The translations under genes were made by a program, and so were the position numbers. Below are positions 50,996-60,537 of a stretch of DNA of 64,000 bases, in pieces; positions within the stretch are counted from its first letter, which is position 1, and each line of letters starts with the position of its first letter. A model generated the notes under the pieces. It made no database searches, was not told the origin of the DNA, and worked only from the letters and a program-made list of their open reading frames with translations. This DNA comes from Pelagomonas calceolata (lineage: Eukaryota), in contig CAKKNE010000003.1 of assembly GCA_918797485.1 (NCBI GenBank), positions 2,666,001 through 2,730,000 of the forward strand, read 5' to 3'.

Positions 50996-52362
50996 TTATG
51001 ACACCCCCTCCGCGATGTCCGCCGCGCTCGTTCCGGCCGCGAAGCCGCTGCACCAGCAGTGCATGAAGTTGAAGCCGCCCGTCACGCCGTCGACGTCGAC
51101 CAGCTCGCCGCAGAAGTGGAGGCCCGGCACGCTCTTGGACTCGTAGGTCTTGAAATTGATCTCCTTGAGGCGCACGCCGCCCGCGGTTACGAATTCCTCC
51201 TTGTTCGTATCTTTCCCGTCGAAGGGTAATTCCAGAGCGGAGCAGGCCGCCGCGACGGCGTCGAGCTCCCGCGCGGACCTGTGTGGGAATCAAATTCATC
51301 TGCTCGCTGGCGTGGAGGTCGACGAAGGTCGCTGGTTGATTTCCACACAGGCGCGGACGCGTCGCCCCACCGGCAGCCGTCGCGGACGTTCGCGTGGGCC
51401 ACGAGGCGCGCCCAGAGCCGCTTCGGGAGCTGCGAAAAGGGCCGCGTCGCACCGGCGACCGTCGCGCCGGCGTGCTTTTTTTTATGGGAATCGAGCGTCG
51501 AGCGCACGGCGCCCGGCGACGCGTCCGGCAACAGATCCGCGACGAGCGTGCCCTTGTAGCCGCAGTCCTGCAGCTCCCGCGCCTTGAACGCCGAGAGCCG
51601 CAGCGCCGCAGGCCCCGAGAGGCCGCGGTGCGTCACGAGCAGCGGGCCCCGCGTCGGCGGCGGCGGTTTCTTCTTCGCGCCTTTCAATTCGACGCGCGCG
51701 TCCGGCACGGACAGGCCCGCGAGGCCCTCGAGGACCGGCGACTTGACGCGGAACGAAAACAGCGACGGGCAGGGCTTCACGGGCTCGTGGCCGAGCGCCT
51801 TGGCCAGCGCGTAGCCCCCTGGTGCGGAACCGGTGGCTAAGACCACCGCGGCCGCATCGTAGGCGTCGTCGCCCGTTTTGACGGCGAAACCGTCGCCCGC
51901 CACATCAATGGTCGTCGCCGCGGCGCCGCCCTTGAATAAAACGCCGGCTTTGTGAGCAGCGTTCCGCAGCGCGTCGGCCACGGTCTGCGAGTCGTCCGTC
52001 ACGGGGAAGACTCGACCGTCCGCCTCCGTCTTGAGCTCCACTCCCTCGGCCTCGAACCAGCGCCTCATATCATCGGGACCGAACAGCGACGTGAACGGCC
52101 CGCGGATCTCGCGGCGCCCGCGCGGGTAGCGCTCGACGATGTCCGTGACGGCCATCGTCGGGTCGTGAATGACATTACATCGGCCGCCGCCGCTCGCGAG
52201 CACCTTTTTGAGCGGTTTCTGCGTCGCCTCGACGAGGATCGTCTCCGCGCCGCGCCGCGCTGCGGTAATAGCGGCGAAGAAGCCGCTGGCACCACCACCA
52301 ACGACGACGACGCGGCCGGCGCGGACGGACGCCGCCATCGCGATGAGCAATACGCGGCGCAT
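50996..52362 (-). CDS. HI0933/BaiN-family flavoprotein, 2 exons (52362-51359, 51278-50996)
   Basis: VVGGGASG, KVLASGGGRCN, GRVFP and THRGLSGPA motifs. After removing 51279-51358 the frame continues EFVTAGGV...GELVDVDGVTGGFNF...SG to TAA at 50996-50998. Confidence 0.93.
51279..51350 (-). mobile_element. Introner-like non-autonomous DNA transposon (family A), 72 bp
   Basis: 8-bp TSD GCGCGGAC (51271-51278 and 51351-51358); 15-bp TIR CTGTGTGG(G/A)AATCAA with 1 mismatch. On the minus strand the TSD supplies GT and the TIR supplies CAG. Confidence 0.92.
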
Positions 52363-52591
52363 CGACGGCGCAACGTTGCAATGCCGAAGCACGGCTGTCC
52401 GCAGCGCTAGCCCACAGTGCTGCTTGAGTGCTGCTGCACAGTGCAGTGCCCCAGCAGGACTACAGCTCGTTCACAAATTGCACGGCTCGCTCCAGCACAT
52501 GTGCACTCACGTCGGAACTAATCTCGCTGGTCACCGATGCATCAAGCGACGAATGCGGCAAGACTGCCGCGCGATGTCCTGGGGCTGCTTG

Positions 52592-52613
52592 CTAGTGTCT
52601 TACAGGCCGCTAG
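52592..52613 (+). promoter_or_regulatory. Consensus copy of the upstream CTAG-box motif CTAGTGTCTTACAGGCCGCTAG
   Basis: Identical copy at 59201-59222; variants at 2750, 7630, 8642(-), 12179(-), 14319, 19817, 22673, 24296, 25623(-), 32813, 41166(-) and 43448; all lie upstream of gene starts. Confidence 0.75.
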
Positions 52614-52636
52614 CAAATCGCACTAAAAACTAAAGA

Positions 52637-54067
52637 CTAGGTTACAGGAGGACCGCTCGGTTCCGGCTCGGGCGAGCACGACGGCAGCGACCCGTTCCGC
52701 GCCGCGGCGAGGAGCTCCGCGACGCCGGGCCCCGCGTGCCGTTTGGCAGAGAGGAGCTGCATCTGGAACGCCGCGCGGATCGTGTCGTACAGCTCGAGAT
52801 CCAGGGCGTTCAGCTCCCGAATAACGTCGACGTCGCCCGGCTCGAGCCGCAGCCGCGCGGGCGCCTGCGGCGCGAGCCGCGGCACGCAGGCCGGCGCGGG
52901 CCAGTTCTGGGCGTCGTGGTGCCTCGCGGCCGCCCGCCAGAGCACCATGGACTCCGCCAACCGCTCGTGGAGCCCGACGGCGAAATACAGGCTGTGCACG
53001 TTTCGCTTCACGTAGGCCAAGTGCTCCCTCAAAATATTCTCGGGCGTCGCCAACGCGCAGGAGAACACGCGCGCGTCCTCGGCGCCGTAGTCCAGGTGGC
53101 AGGGCTGCGTCGCGACCGCCGACGAGAGGGGCGACCGCGGCGCGTTCGCGCGTTTCAGCGATTGATCAAACGACGTCAGCGACGCGCAGGCCGACCGCCG
53201 CGGCGCGCAGCGCGTGTCGTTGCCCAGGAACCGTAAATGATAGTTCGCGGTGGCCTCGGCGAACTCGCGGATCCCCTTTTTGGCTTTTATGGCGAGCGGG
53301 TGCCGCGCTCGTAAGGAAGTCGGCGGCTCGTCGCGCCACGCGACAAAGTCGCTCAACAAGCGAGATATCGGATCTCGGAGCAGCAAAAAGTAGGACGTCG
53401 GCCTATTTTGTAGTTCCGGCTCCGCGTGAATGCCCCAGGCGAGCTCAGCTTGGGTCAACAGTGTCACGTGCTCCGCCGCGGCCAAGGCGAGCTCCCTTCT
53501 AGTATTTGGCTCGCCCATGGCCACGTAGACCGTCCTATCTTTACTAAGTGTACCTCGTTTGAACGCGTCCAGGGCGTTCGATTTCAGGATACTGCTCCCA
53601 GCAATCGATGGACCGCCCTTGGACTGGACGGGCGGCGCGTCATTCAATGAACAGGCCGCCGCCGGCACGGACCGCTGCAACGCCGGCGCGAGCACATCCC
53701 TCTGAAACGCGCCGACCGTCGCCGCGCCGCCCCGACAGAAGCCGAGCACGACCTGCACGCCCAGGCACGGCGCGACCGGCCGCGGCGGCGCGATGCGCAC
53801 GGTCTCGTTCACATAATCAAGATAGAAGTTGGGCAGCGCCTCTCTACTACTGTCGATCCGCCGTCGGCCCTCGACCTCGTCGCGACTCCACAGCGCCGCC
53901 GCGGCCGTCCTCACCGCAACATGTGCGTCCTCCAGATCAAGCCCGGGGCTGCAGGTCTTGGCGTCGCCGGGCAGGCACTGCGGCGGGGCGCCCTCCTGGG
54001 GCTGCCCAGCCCCCAGCAGGCTTGTGACGGCCACAGCCCAGAGGGCTGCGGCCCGGCGCCGCCTCAT
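52637..54067 (-). CDS. Sulfotransferase-like protein (Golgi carbohydrate sulfotransferase type)
   Basis: Signal/anchor; LLRDPISRLLSDF (3'-PB motif), AVGLHERLAESM and IRELNALDLELY; 5'-PSB motif not clearly seen. Confidence 0.72.
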   Translation of the reverse strand: MRRRRAAALWAVAVTSLLGAGQPQEGAPPQCLPGDAKTCSPGLDLEDAHVAVRTAAAALWSRDEVEGRRRIDSSREALPNFYLDYVNETVRIAPPRPVAPCLGVQVVLGFCRGGAATVGAFQRDVLAPALQRSVPAAACSLNDAPPVQSKGGPSIAGSSILKSNALDAFKRGTLSKDRTVYVAMGEPNTRRELALAAAEHVTLLTQAELAWGIHAEPELQNRPTSYFLLLRDPISRLLSDFVAWRDEPPTSLRARHPLAIKAKKGIREFAEATANYHLRFLGNDTRCAPRRSACASLTSFDQSLKRANAPRSPLSSAVATQPCHLDYGAEDARVFSCALATPENILREHLAYVKRNVHSLYFAVGLHERLAESMVLWRAAARHHDAQNWPAPACVPRLAPQAPARLRLEPGDVDVIRELNALDLELYDTIRAAFQMQLLSAKRHAGPGVAELLAAARNGSLPSCSPEPEPSGPPVT

Positions 54068-54482
54068 CGCAGGCGTCTATCTATTTGTGCGTTTGGTCGA
54101 TTCATGGTGTTGTTGGTGGCCGAGGGCTGGCCTCTGGCGGGCGAGGAGGTCCGCTGCTGAGATGTCTGCGAGACAGAGGCCCGCACGATTAGTGGGTTTA
54201 AAGTAGCGCACCCTGTACGTGGCGCAACGCGTGCGACTACGGGGGAGGCGATGCGCCGCATTTTGAGAAAAAAAGTGGAGCCCAGCGGAGAGGCCGACGC
54301 CGTGGCCAAGCGCATCGTGCGACGCCGAATCCGCGCCGCGGTGACGCGCGCTGACGCGGCACTGACTCATACATACGCATCCGGGCTGCCCCGCGCGGCG
54401 GCACCATAGTTGCGGCGCCGAAGCCGCGCCTCAGGCCGCACCTGCGCTCATACGCCGCGCAGGGCTGCCGCGATAATAGATC

Positions 54483-57400
54483 ATGGACCGCGTGCGCGTG
54501 CTGTGCCGCGTAAGACCCACGACGGCCGAGGAGCAGACGCGGGGCGAGCGCGTCGTCGCGATCCAGGGCGCGCAGCGCCTAAGGCTGCAGAATGCGGCGG
54601 AGTATGTCGGCGAGCACGAGGCGTCCTGGGCCTTCGACGCGGCCTACGACACCGACGCGTCCCAGGCCCAGGTCTACGAGTCCATACAACCGATCACGCA
54701 GGACGTGCTGCGCGGCTTCCACGCGACCGTGTTTGCCTACGGCCAGACGGGCGCGGGAAAGACGCACTCCATGTTCGGGCCGCCGGACTGTTCCTTGGAT
54801 GGGCCGGACGCGGGTGTGGTGCCGCGCCTGTTGAAGGATCTCTTCGCGGGATTGACGGCCGGCGACGAGGTGCGCGTGTCGTGTCTGGAACTGTATGATG
54901 ACTTGCGAGATTTATTGAACGAGGAGCACCGGCCGCTGAAGCTGCGAGAGAACCGCAAGGACGGGTCGGTCGTCGTTGACGGCGCCGTCGACGCCGTCGT
55001 CAAGGACGTGCCCGCCACGTTGGCGTTGCTGGAGCGCGCTCTCGTGAGGAGAGTGGTAGCGTCGCACGAGATGAACGCCGATAGCTCGCGGTCGCACTTC
55101 GTCGCTTCCTTTAGAGTTACAAGGCCATCAATAAACGCGAGCGCGATCATGCGCCTCGTCGATTTGGCCGGCTCCGAGCGCGTCGCCAAGACCAAGGCGA
55201 CGGGCGGCACGCTGAATGAAGCCAAACGGATCAACTCGTCTTTGTCTGCTCTTGGCAACGTGATCGCGGCATTGACGTCCTCAACGGCGACGCACGTGCC
55301 GTACCGCGATTCCAAACTGACAAGATTATTGCAGTCCTCATTGGGCGGCAACGCCAAGACCGCTTTACTCGTGTGTGTCTCGGCGTCGTCGTTACACGCC
55401 GAAGAGACCGTCTCTACCCTACGTTTTGGCGTGCGCGCGAAACGGGTCCGGAACGCAGCCAAGGTGAACGTGGATGTCGATGATGATTTATTAGCTGCTC
55501 GTTTGGAGCTGGCGGCATTACGAGCGGAACGGGACGACGCCGTGCGGGAACGCGACGCGGCGCAGCTGCAAGCCGCGGACAAGGAGGCTCTACTGCTGAC
55601 GGAGCGGAGCGAAACGACGCAATTACGAGACAAGATCGGCGCCCTGGAGCGGGCCGAAGCGGCGCGCAAAGCCGCGGAAGCTTTGAGGGCCATGGAGGAC
55701 TCCGTGAGAGCCGCGGCCGCGCCGCCGCCGCCGGACCTCGACGCTATTTATGACGCGCACGCCGCGGACCTGGCGTCCTCCCTGGCGTCGTTAAGGCTTA
55801 GTCTACAAGCTGAGTCTAGAAAAGAGGCCGAGCGCGCGGCGCTGAGTGCGCGGAACGAGCTCACGTCGGTGAAAGACCAGCACGCCGTCGCCCAGAAGCG
55901 GCACGACGCGTCCGTAGCATCCCTGAAAGCTGATATTGCGCGGCATGCGTCGGACCTCGACGCGTTGACTTCGGATCGGGACCGCCTCACGGACCAACTG
56001 AGTCAGCGCGACGCGAAGATCGCGTCGCTCCGGTCCGCGCGGGCTCGAGAGGTCGAGGCCACGAAGGGCGAGGCCGCGGCCGAGCGCGCGGCGCTCGCGC
56101 AGGAGCACGAGGCCGCGGTAGCGGAGCTCCGGCGGACCCAGGCGCAAGCGCTCGAGGCCGCGCGCAAGGACACAGCCCAGGAGCTCGAGGCCGCGCGCAC
56201 GGAGGCGGCCGGCGCGCTCGTGGCGCTCAACACGGAAGCCGAGGCCCAGCGCGCGGCAGCTTCGAAGCTGGAGGCGGAGCTGCGGGATCTACGCGAGGCG
56301 CACGCGAGCGAAGCCTCCGACGCGGCCGCGGCCTGGGAGAAGGACCTCGCGGCGCTGCGCGAGAAGCACGCGCGGGAGCTTGAAAGCTTGCGCTCGTCGG
56401 CGGCCGACGCTGATGCACAGCGCGACGCCCACAAATCCGAGCTCGCGGCCGCGGCGACGGCCCATGACACGGAACTCGGGGCGCTGCGCGAGGCGCACGA
56501 AGCAGAACTCGCCAAGGCCGGCCAGGCCGCGGCGGAGGACGTCGCCGCCGCGACCGAGGCGGGCCGGACCGCGGCGGCGCAGGAACACGCTCAGGAGCTC
56601 GCGGCAGCCACTAAAGCTGCGGCAGCTACGGCGCGCCAGGACGCGAAGGCGGCCGAGGAGGCTTTGATGGAAGGGCACGCGCGCGAGCTGGAAGCTCTAA
56701 AAAAGGAGCACGCCAAGGCGACGGAAGCGAAGCAACGGGAACACGACGCCGCGATGGACGACAAGCAGAAGCGCTACGACGAAGCGACGGACGAGATGAG
56801 GAAGGAGCACGCCGCCGAGGTCGACGCACTGGGGAATAACGAGGACGCCATTGAGAAGGCCGTCGCGGAGGCGCTGGAGGCCAAGGCCCGGGAGCGCGCG
56901 ACGAAGGAGAAGGAGCTGGACCAGTCCCTGCAGTGGGCGCGCGAGACGCACGCGCGAGAACTAGCAAATGCGAGGAAGGAGATGGCCGAAGCTGTGGCCG
57001 CCAAGGACGCCGAGGTCCGGGCGGCGCAGGACGCCCACACCCGGTTGCTCGATGCGGAGGCGAAGCGTAGAGCTGATGTACAAAAAGCCGTCGAGGAGAA
57101 GGAGATGAAATTGGCTCGCGACCACGCCAAAAAATTGTCAAGGCTGGCCGACGACCACGCCAAGGCTCTTGAGAGAAGGGACCAGGAGCACCGCGCCGAG
57201 CGGAAGCAGGACCTGGTGAAGGCCGACGAGTCGGCTTCGAAATATGCCGAGGCCTTGCAAGCGAAGGAGCGCGAGCACGCGTCCCTGATAGAATCGCTGG
57301 AAGAGAAACAGCTTCGGGCTCTGGAAGAGAAGGACGAGAGATGTAAGGAGGAGACGGACGCGGCCATGGAGGCCGTCGAGGCCGCACAGCTGCGGGCGAA

Positions 57401-57773
57401 CGAGGCCGAGGCGGCGGCGCGGGCGCACGAGGTCGCGGCGGCCGGGTTGGCTAGACAGTTGGCCGCCGCAGAAGGTAGAGCTGATGACTTGAACAAGGGC
57501 CTAGATGCACTGTCGACGGAACACGACACGGTGACCAAGGCAGTCGTTGGGAGTCGGTTAGAAGGGGCGGAGGCGGCCTACGAAAAATTGCGGCTGCAGG
57601 TCGAACTGAAGCGCCTGAAGAAGGAGCTCGTGACGGTGAAGAACGATGCCGAAACTGCGCGGCACGAGCTGCGCGAGGAGCGCGCGCGGCCCGGTTTACT
57701 GGCGAGGCTGAAGAACGTCGTCTCGCGGGAGCGGCCCGCGGACATCGCGCTGTATCCGACGAATACGGCGTAA
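54483..57773 (+). CDS. Kinesin with N-terminal motor and long coiled-coil tail
   Basis: VRVLCRVRP, FAYGQTGAGKT, NADSSRSH, LVDLAGSE, HVPYRDSKLTRLLQ. Confidence 0.95.
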   Translation: MDRVRVLCRVRPTTAEEQTRGERVVAIQGAQRLRLQNAAEYVGEHEASWAFDAAYDTDASQAQVYESIQPITQDVLRGFHATVFAYGQTGAGKTHSMFGPPDCSLDGPDAGVVPRLLKDLFAGLTAGDEVRVSCLELYDDLRDLLNEEHRPLKLRENRKDGSVVVDGAVDAVVKDVPATLALLERALVRRVVASHEMNADSSRSHFVASFRVTRPSINASAIMRLVDLAGSERVAKTKATGGTLNEAKRINSSLSALGNVIAALTSSTATHVPYRDSKLTRLLQSSLGGNAKTALLVCVSASSLHAEETVSTLRFGVRAKRVRNAAKVNVDVDDDLLAARLELAALRAERDDAVRERDAAQLQAADKEALLLTERSETTQLRDKIGALERAEAARKAAEALRAMEDSVRAAAAPPPPDLDAIYDAHAADLASSLASLRLSLQAESRKEAERAALSARNELTSVKDQHAVAQKRHDASVASLKADIARHASDLDALTSDRDRLTDQLSQRDAKIASLRSARAREVEATKGEAAAERAALAQEHEAAVAELRRTQAQALEAARKDTAQELEAARTEAAGALVALNTEAEAQRAAASKLEAELRDLREAHASEASDAAAAWEKDLAALREKHARELESLRSSAADADAQRDAHKSELAAAATAHDTELGALREAHEAELAKAGQAAAEDVAAATEAGRTAAAQEHAQELAAATKAAAATARQDAKAAEEALMEGHARELEALKKEHAKATEAKQREHDAAMDDKQKRYDEATDEMRKEHAAEVDALGNNEDAIEKAVAEALEAKARERATKEKELDQSLQWARETHARELANARKEMAEAVAAKDAEVRAAQDAHTRLLDAEAKRRADVQKAVEEKEMKLARDHAKKLSRLADDHAKALERRDQEHRAERKQDLVKADESASKYAEALQAKEREHASLIESLEEKQLRALEEKDERCKEETDAAMEAVEAAQLRANEAEAAARAHEVAAAGLARQLAAAEGRADDLNKGLDALSTEHDTVTKAVVGSRLEGAEAAYEKLRLQVELKRLKKELVTVKNDAETARHELREERARPGLLARLKNVVSRERPADIALYPTNTA

Positions 57774-57942
57774 GTTTGTGCTTGTGTTTATTTTCTGTTG
57801 CTTTGCTTTTAGAGCTATGGTCCGCGGTCCAAACCTAGCCGCCGAGCCGACGCGAGGCCGTGACCGTACGCCCGACCCGCCCTCATACGTCGTCGCCCCG
57901 ACTGTATGCCGGACACCGCAACACATTGAACACCACATTTAG

Positions 57943-59040
57943 TCACCCCGACGCCTCCGCCGCGGCGAGGTCGTCGAGCGCCACCCGAATAACAGCCGCC
58001 GCCGCGTCGACGTGAAGGGAATTCCCTCCCGCGGCCCAGGCGCTCTTCAGCGAGACATCCGCGGGAAAGTGAAACGACTGGGGAAAACCCAACAAATTGG
58101 CAACTTCTTTCGGAGCGAAGTAGCGCAGCTGCAGCGCCGCGCGCCACGTGTCCCCAAACGGCCGCGCGTCCGGCGTGGTGCGCGAGAAGCCGAGCGAAGC
58201 GAGATCCGGATCATTCAGCATTTGACGGACGCGCAGGACAGACCCCGTGCCCCGGTTGAAGCGGCCGTAGGACCGCGTGAAGCAGGCCGTCGGTATTGCG
58301 TCCGTCGCGTCGACGACGTCGAAGCACCAGGCCGCGTCGCTTTTGATCGTCTTGGCGGGCACGCGGTACGGTTCTATCAGAGCAGATGCGTCGGCGCACT
58401 GGTCCAGGGCGTAGGGCGCCTCCAGGAATTCTTTGACAAGGCGCATCGGCGGCGTTCGGTCCAGCCCGGGCCACGCGTCCTCCGTCGGCGCCGGCGACGC
58501 CCAGTCCTCATCAGAATTTGTACGGACGGCGCACTCGAAGTAGCGCGGCCGCTCGTGGGGCACGCCCGTCTGCGTCGGCGTGAGGTGCCAGCATTTTGGT
58601 CGAGCGAAGCCCGCGCGTCGTAACGCGCCGTGCCACCTCTCTCGACTTTCGGATGACGCGAAGCCCACGACGTTCTCGAGGCAGACGAACCGCGGCGGCG
58701 CTTGCTCCACCAGATCCGCCAGGTGCAAGAGGCTCGCGGCGCGTGGATCACTCACGTCCGTCATCGCGTGCTGCCGCGTGTACGGCTGGCACGGCGGGCT
58801 CAGGAGCCAACCGTCGGCGCCGGCGACGTCGCTCGTGGTGATATTTTCGACGCGGCGCTGCGTCGGTCGCTGGCCGAAGTTGTGTTCGTAGATCGAGTTG
58901 CACGTCGTCGACGCGTCGACCGCCAGGGCGACGTCGTGATCTTCACGGGACGTGGCCTTCTCCAGGGCGTAGCGCCAACCACCAATACCGCTGTAGAACT
59001 CGCAGATTTTGAGCGGTGGCTGCTCGTTGAGGGCTGCCAT
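57943..59040 (-). CDS. DNMT2: DNMT2/TRDMT1 tRNA(Asp) C38 methyltransferase
   Basis: EFYSGIGG, SPPCQPY, ENV, the DNMT2-specific CFTRSYG, LRYF and GNSL. Confidence 0.92.
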   Translation of the reverse strand: MAALNEQPPLKICEFYSGIGGWRYALEKATSREDHDVALAVDASTTCNSIYEHNFGQRPTQRRVENITTSDVAGADGWLLSPPCQPYTRQHAMTDVSDPRAASLLHLADLVEQAPPRFVCLENVVGFASSESRERWHGALRRAGFARPKCWHLTPTQTGVPHERPRYFECAVRTNSDEDWASPAPTEDAWPGLDRTPPMRLVKEFLEAPYALDQCADASALIEPYRVPAKTIKSDAAWCFDVVDATDAIPTACFTRSYGRFNRGTGSVLRVRQMLNDPDLASLGFSRTTPDARPFGDTWRAALQLRYFAPKEVANLLGFPQSFHFPADVSLKSAWAAGGNSLHVDAAAAVIRVALDDLAAAEASG

Positions 59041-59200
59041 GGCTTGCACCCAGCGTGCAGCGTGCAGCGCACGGCAGTTAGCGATCGGGAGAAGTGGTGC
59101 AGCTACAAGCTCGTAGTGATGGATGTCTTTTGACCAGGTATACACAACACCTGCTAGCATGTCGGCTTGTACAATGTCAGTCCCAGCTGTCCAGGCATTC

Positions 59201-59222
59201 CTAGTGTCTTACAGGCCGCTAG
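59201..59222 (+). promoter_or_regulatory. Consensus copy of the upstream CTAG-box motif
   Basis: 22/22 identical to 52592-52613; about 160 nt upstream of the DNMT2 ATG. Confidence 0.75.
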
Positions 59223-59312
59223 CGCTCGGTTGCCCAAACAAGGTTCGACGTACGTACGAGAGCCGAGCTTATCTCGGGGAAGGATGGGTCTTCTTCGTTC
59301 TTGGGTCTTGGT

Positions 59313-60332
59313 TCACTCCTGCCGGGAGCGGCGCGCCGACCGGCGTGTCGGCGCGGCGGCGGGAACTTCCGCGCGAGAGCGCTTGCGCGGCGGCTTCGGG
59401 ACTAATTGCCCGTCGACGACCGGGTTGATCTGGCGCCGAGCTTGGACGTCTGGAGGAAGCGCGCGGACCGCCGCGTTGTAGGCGCGCGCGGCCTCCTCCT
59501 GGGTGTCGAAGTAGCCGATGGTGCGCGACTTGCCGTCCGCGTCGTTGTAGCCAGCCTTCCACCGTCGCCGTCTCGTGGCCCAGCTCACGCCCCAGAACTT
59601 GGACGTCGTCGCCGAAGGCGCGCGCGCCGCGTCCGGCGCGACGACGGTGGATCGGTCGCGCGGCTTGCTCGTGTGCGTCTTGCGCGGCACCAGTGCGCCC
59701 GTCGCGTCGACCACGTTCATCGGGCGCTGGTCTTCCAGGCCCGCGTCGCGAATCGCTTTGTTGACCGCGCGGGCGGCCTCCTCTTCGTCGTCGTAGTAGC
59801 CGATGTGGCGCTCCTTGCCGTTCGCGCCTCTGTAGCACGCCCGCCACTTCTTTTTTCCCCGATGCCAACACACGCCCCAGAACCGCGACGATGCCGTCCG
59901 CTCGGCGCAGTCTTCGTCCGCGACGGTCGTAGGTCTATCGCTGCGGCGGCCTTCTGGAGCCGGTCGCGCGCCGTCGGCCGACGGCGCTGAGACGAGCGTG
60001 AGGTGCCGCGCCTCCGTCGCGTAGACCTCGCCGTCCTCATCGTACTTGACGTTCCAGTGATCGTCCATCACCGCAGCGGCGACAATTGTTCCGCGGAACT
60101 TCTTGGGCCCGCCGTTGCGCGCTTGCTCGGCGTAGGTTTCGCCGAACGCGACGGCCGCCGCGTCGACGACGGCGCCGGGGCGCCACTGCTCCTGGCTCAT
60201 GGCGTCGGCGCGGCCGTCGTCAGACAGCTCCGGCGTCTCGCCGCCGAGGGCCTCGCCGTCGGACTCCTCTCCGACCGAGTGGAGGTCGCCCTCGTCGTCA
60301 AGAACTAACAGGACGTGCCGCGGCGCCTCCAT
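59313..60332 (-). CDS. AP2-domain DNA-binding protein (two AP2 domains) with an N-terminal Tudor-like segment
   Basis: Two SxFWGVxW...W.A.Y...IGY(Y/F)D.EEAARA(V/Y)N units; FRGTIV...WNVKYDEDGE upstream. Confidence 0.82.
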   Translation of the reverse strand: MEAPRHVLLVLDDEGDLHSVGEESDGEALGGETPELSDDGRADAMSQEQWRPGAVVDAAAVAFGETYAEQARNGGPKKFRGTIVAAAVMDDHWNVKYDEDGEVYATEARHLTLVSAPSADGARPAPEGRRSDRPTTVADEDCAERTASSRFWGVCWHRGKKKWRACYRGANGKERHIGYYDDEEEAARAVNKAIRDAGLEDQRPMNVVDATGALVPRKTHTSKPRDRSTVVAPDAARAPSATTSKFWGVSWATRRRRWKAGYNDADGKSRTIGYFDTQEEAARAYNAAVRALPPDVQARRQINPVVDGQLVPKPPRKRSRAEVPAAAPTRRSARRSRQE

Positions 60333-60537
60333 CGCAGGATGAAATTTAAAAGCCAAATGGCCAAACTGCTCAGAGTTCGCTAGCTAGCTCGACGTTATCC
60401 CTCCCAGGATGGACGCTACGGGCCAGAGCCCCCCCCCCCCTGCTTGCGCGAGAGCCGCGCAAACGACGGAGAGACAGGCCGCGCGCGCAAAACGCGACGC
60501 AAAACGGGTTTTACAAGACTAGATCCAAAAAGACCAC

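Noticed and set aside
57943..59040. C5 methyltransferase as part of a restriction-modification or defence system
   Set aside because: The CFT motif identifies it as DNMT2 (tRNA methylase), and there is no cognate nuclease adjacent.
2750..59222. CTAG-box copies as a CRISPR array or tandem repeat
   Set aside because: Copies are dispersed kilobases apart, in both orientations, in a eukaryotic context with no cas genes.
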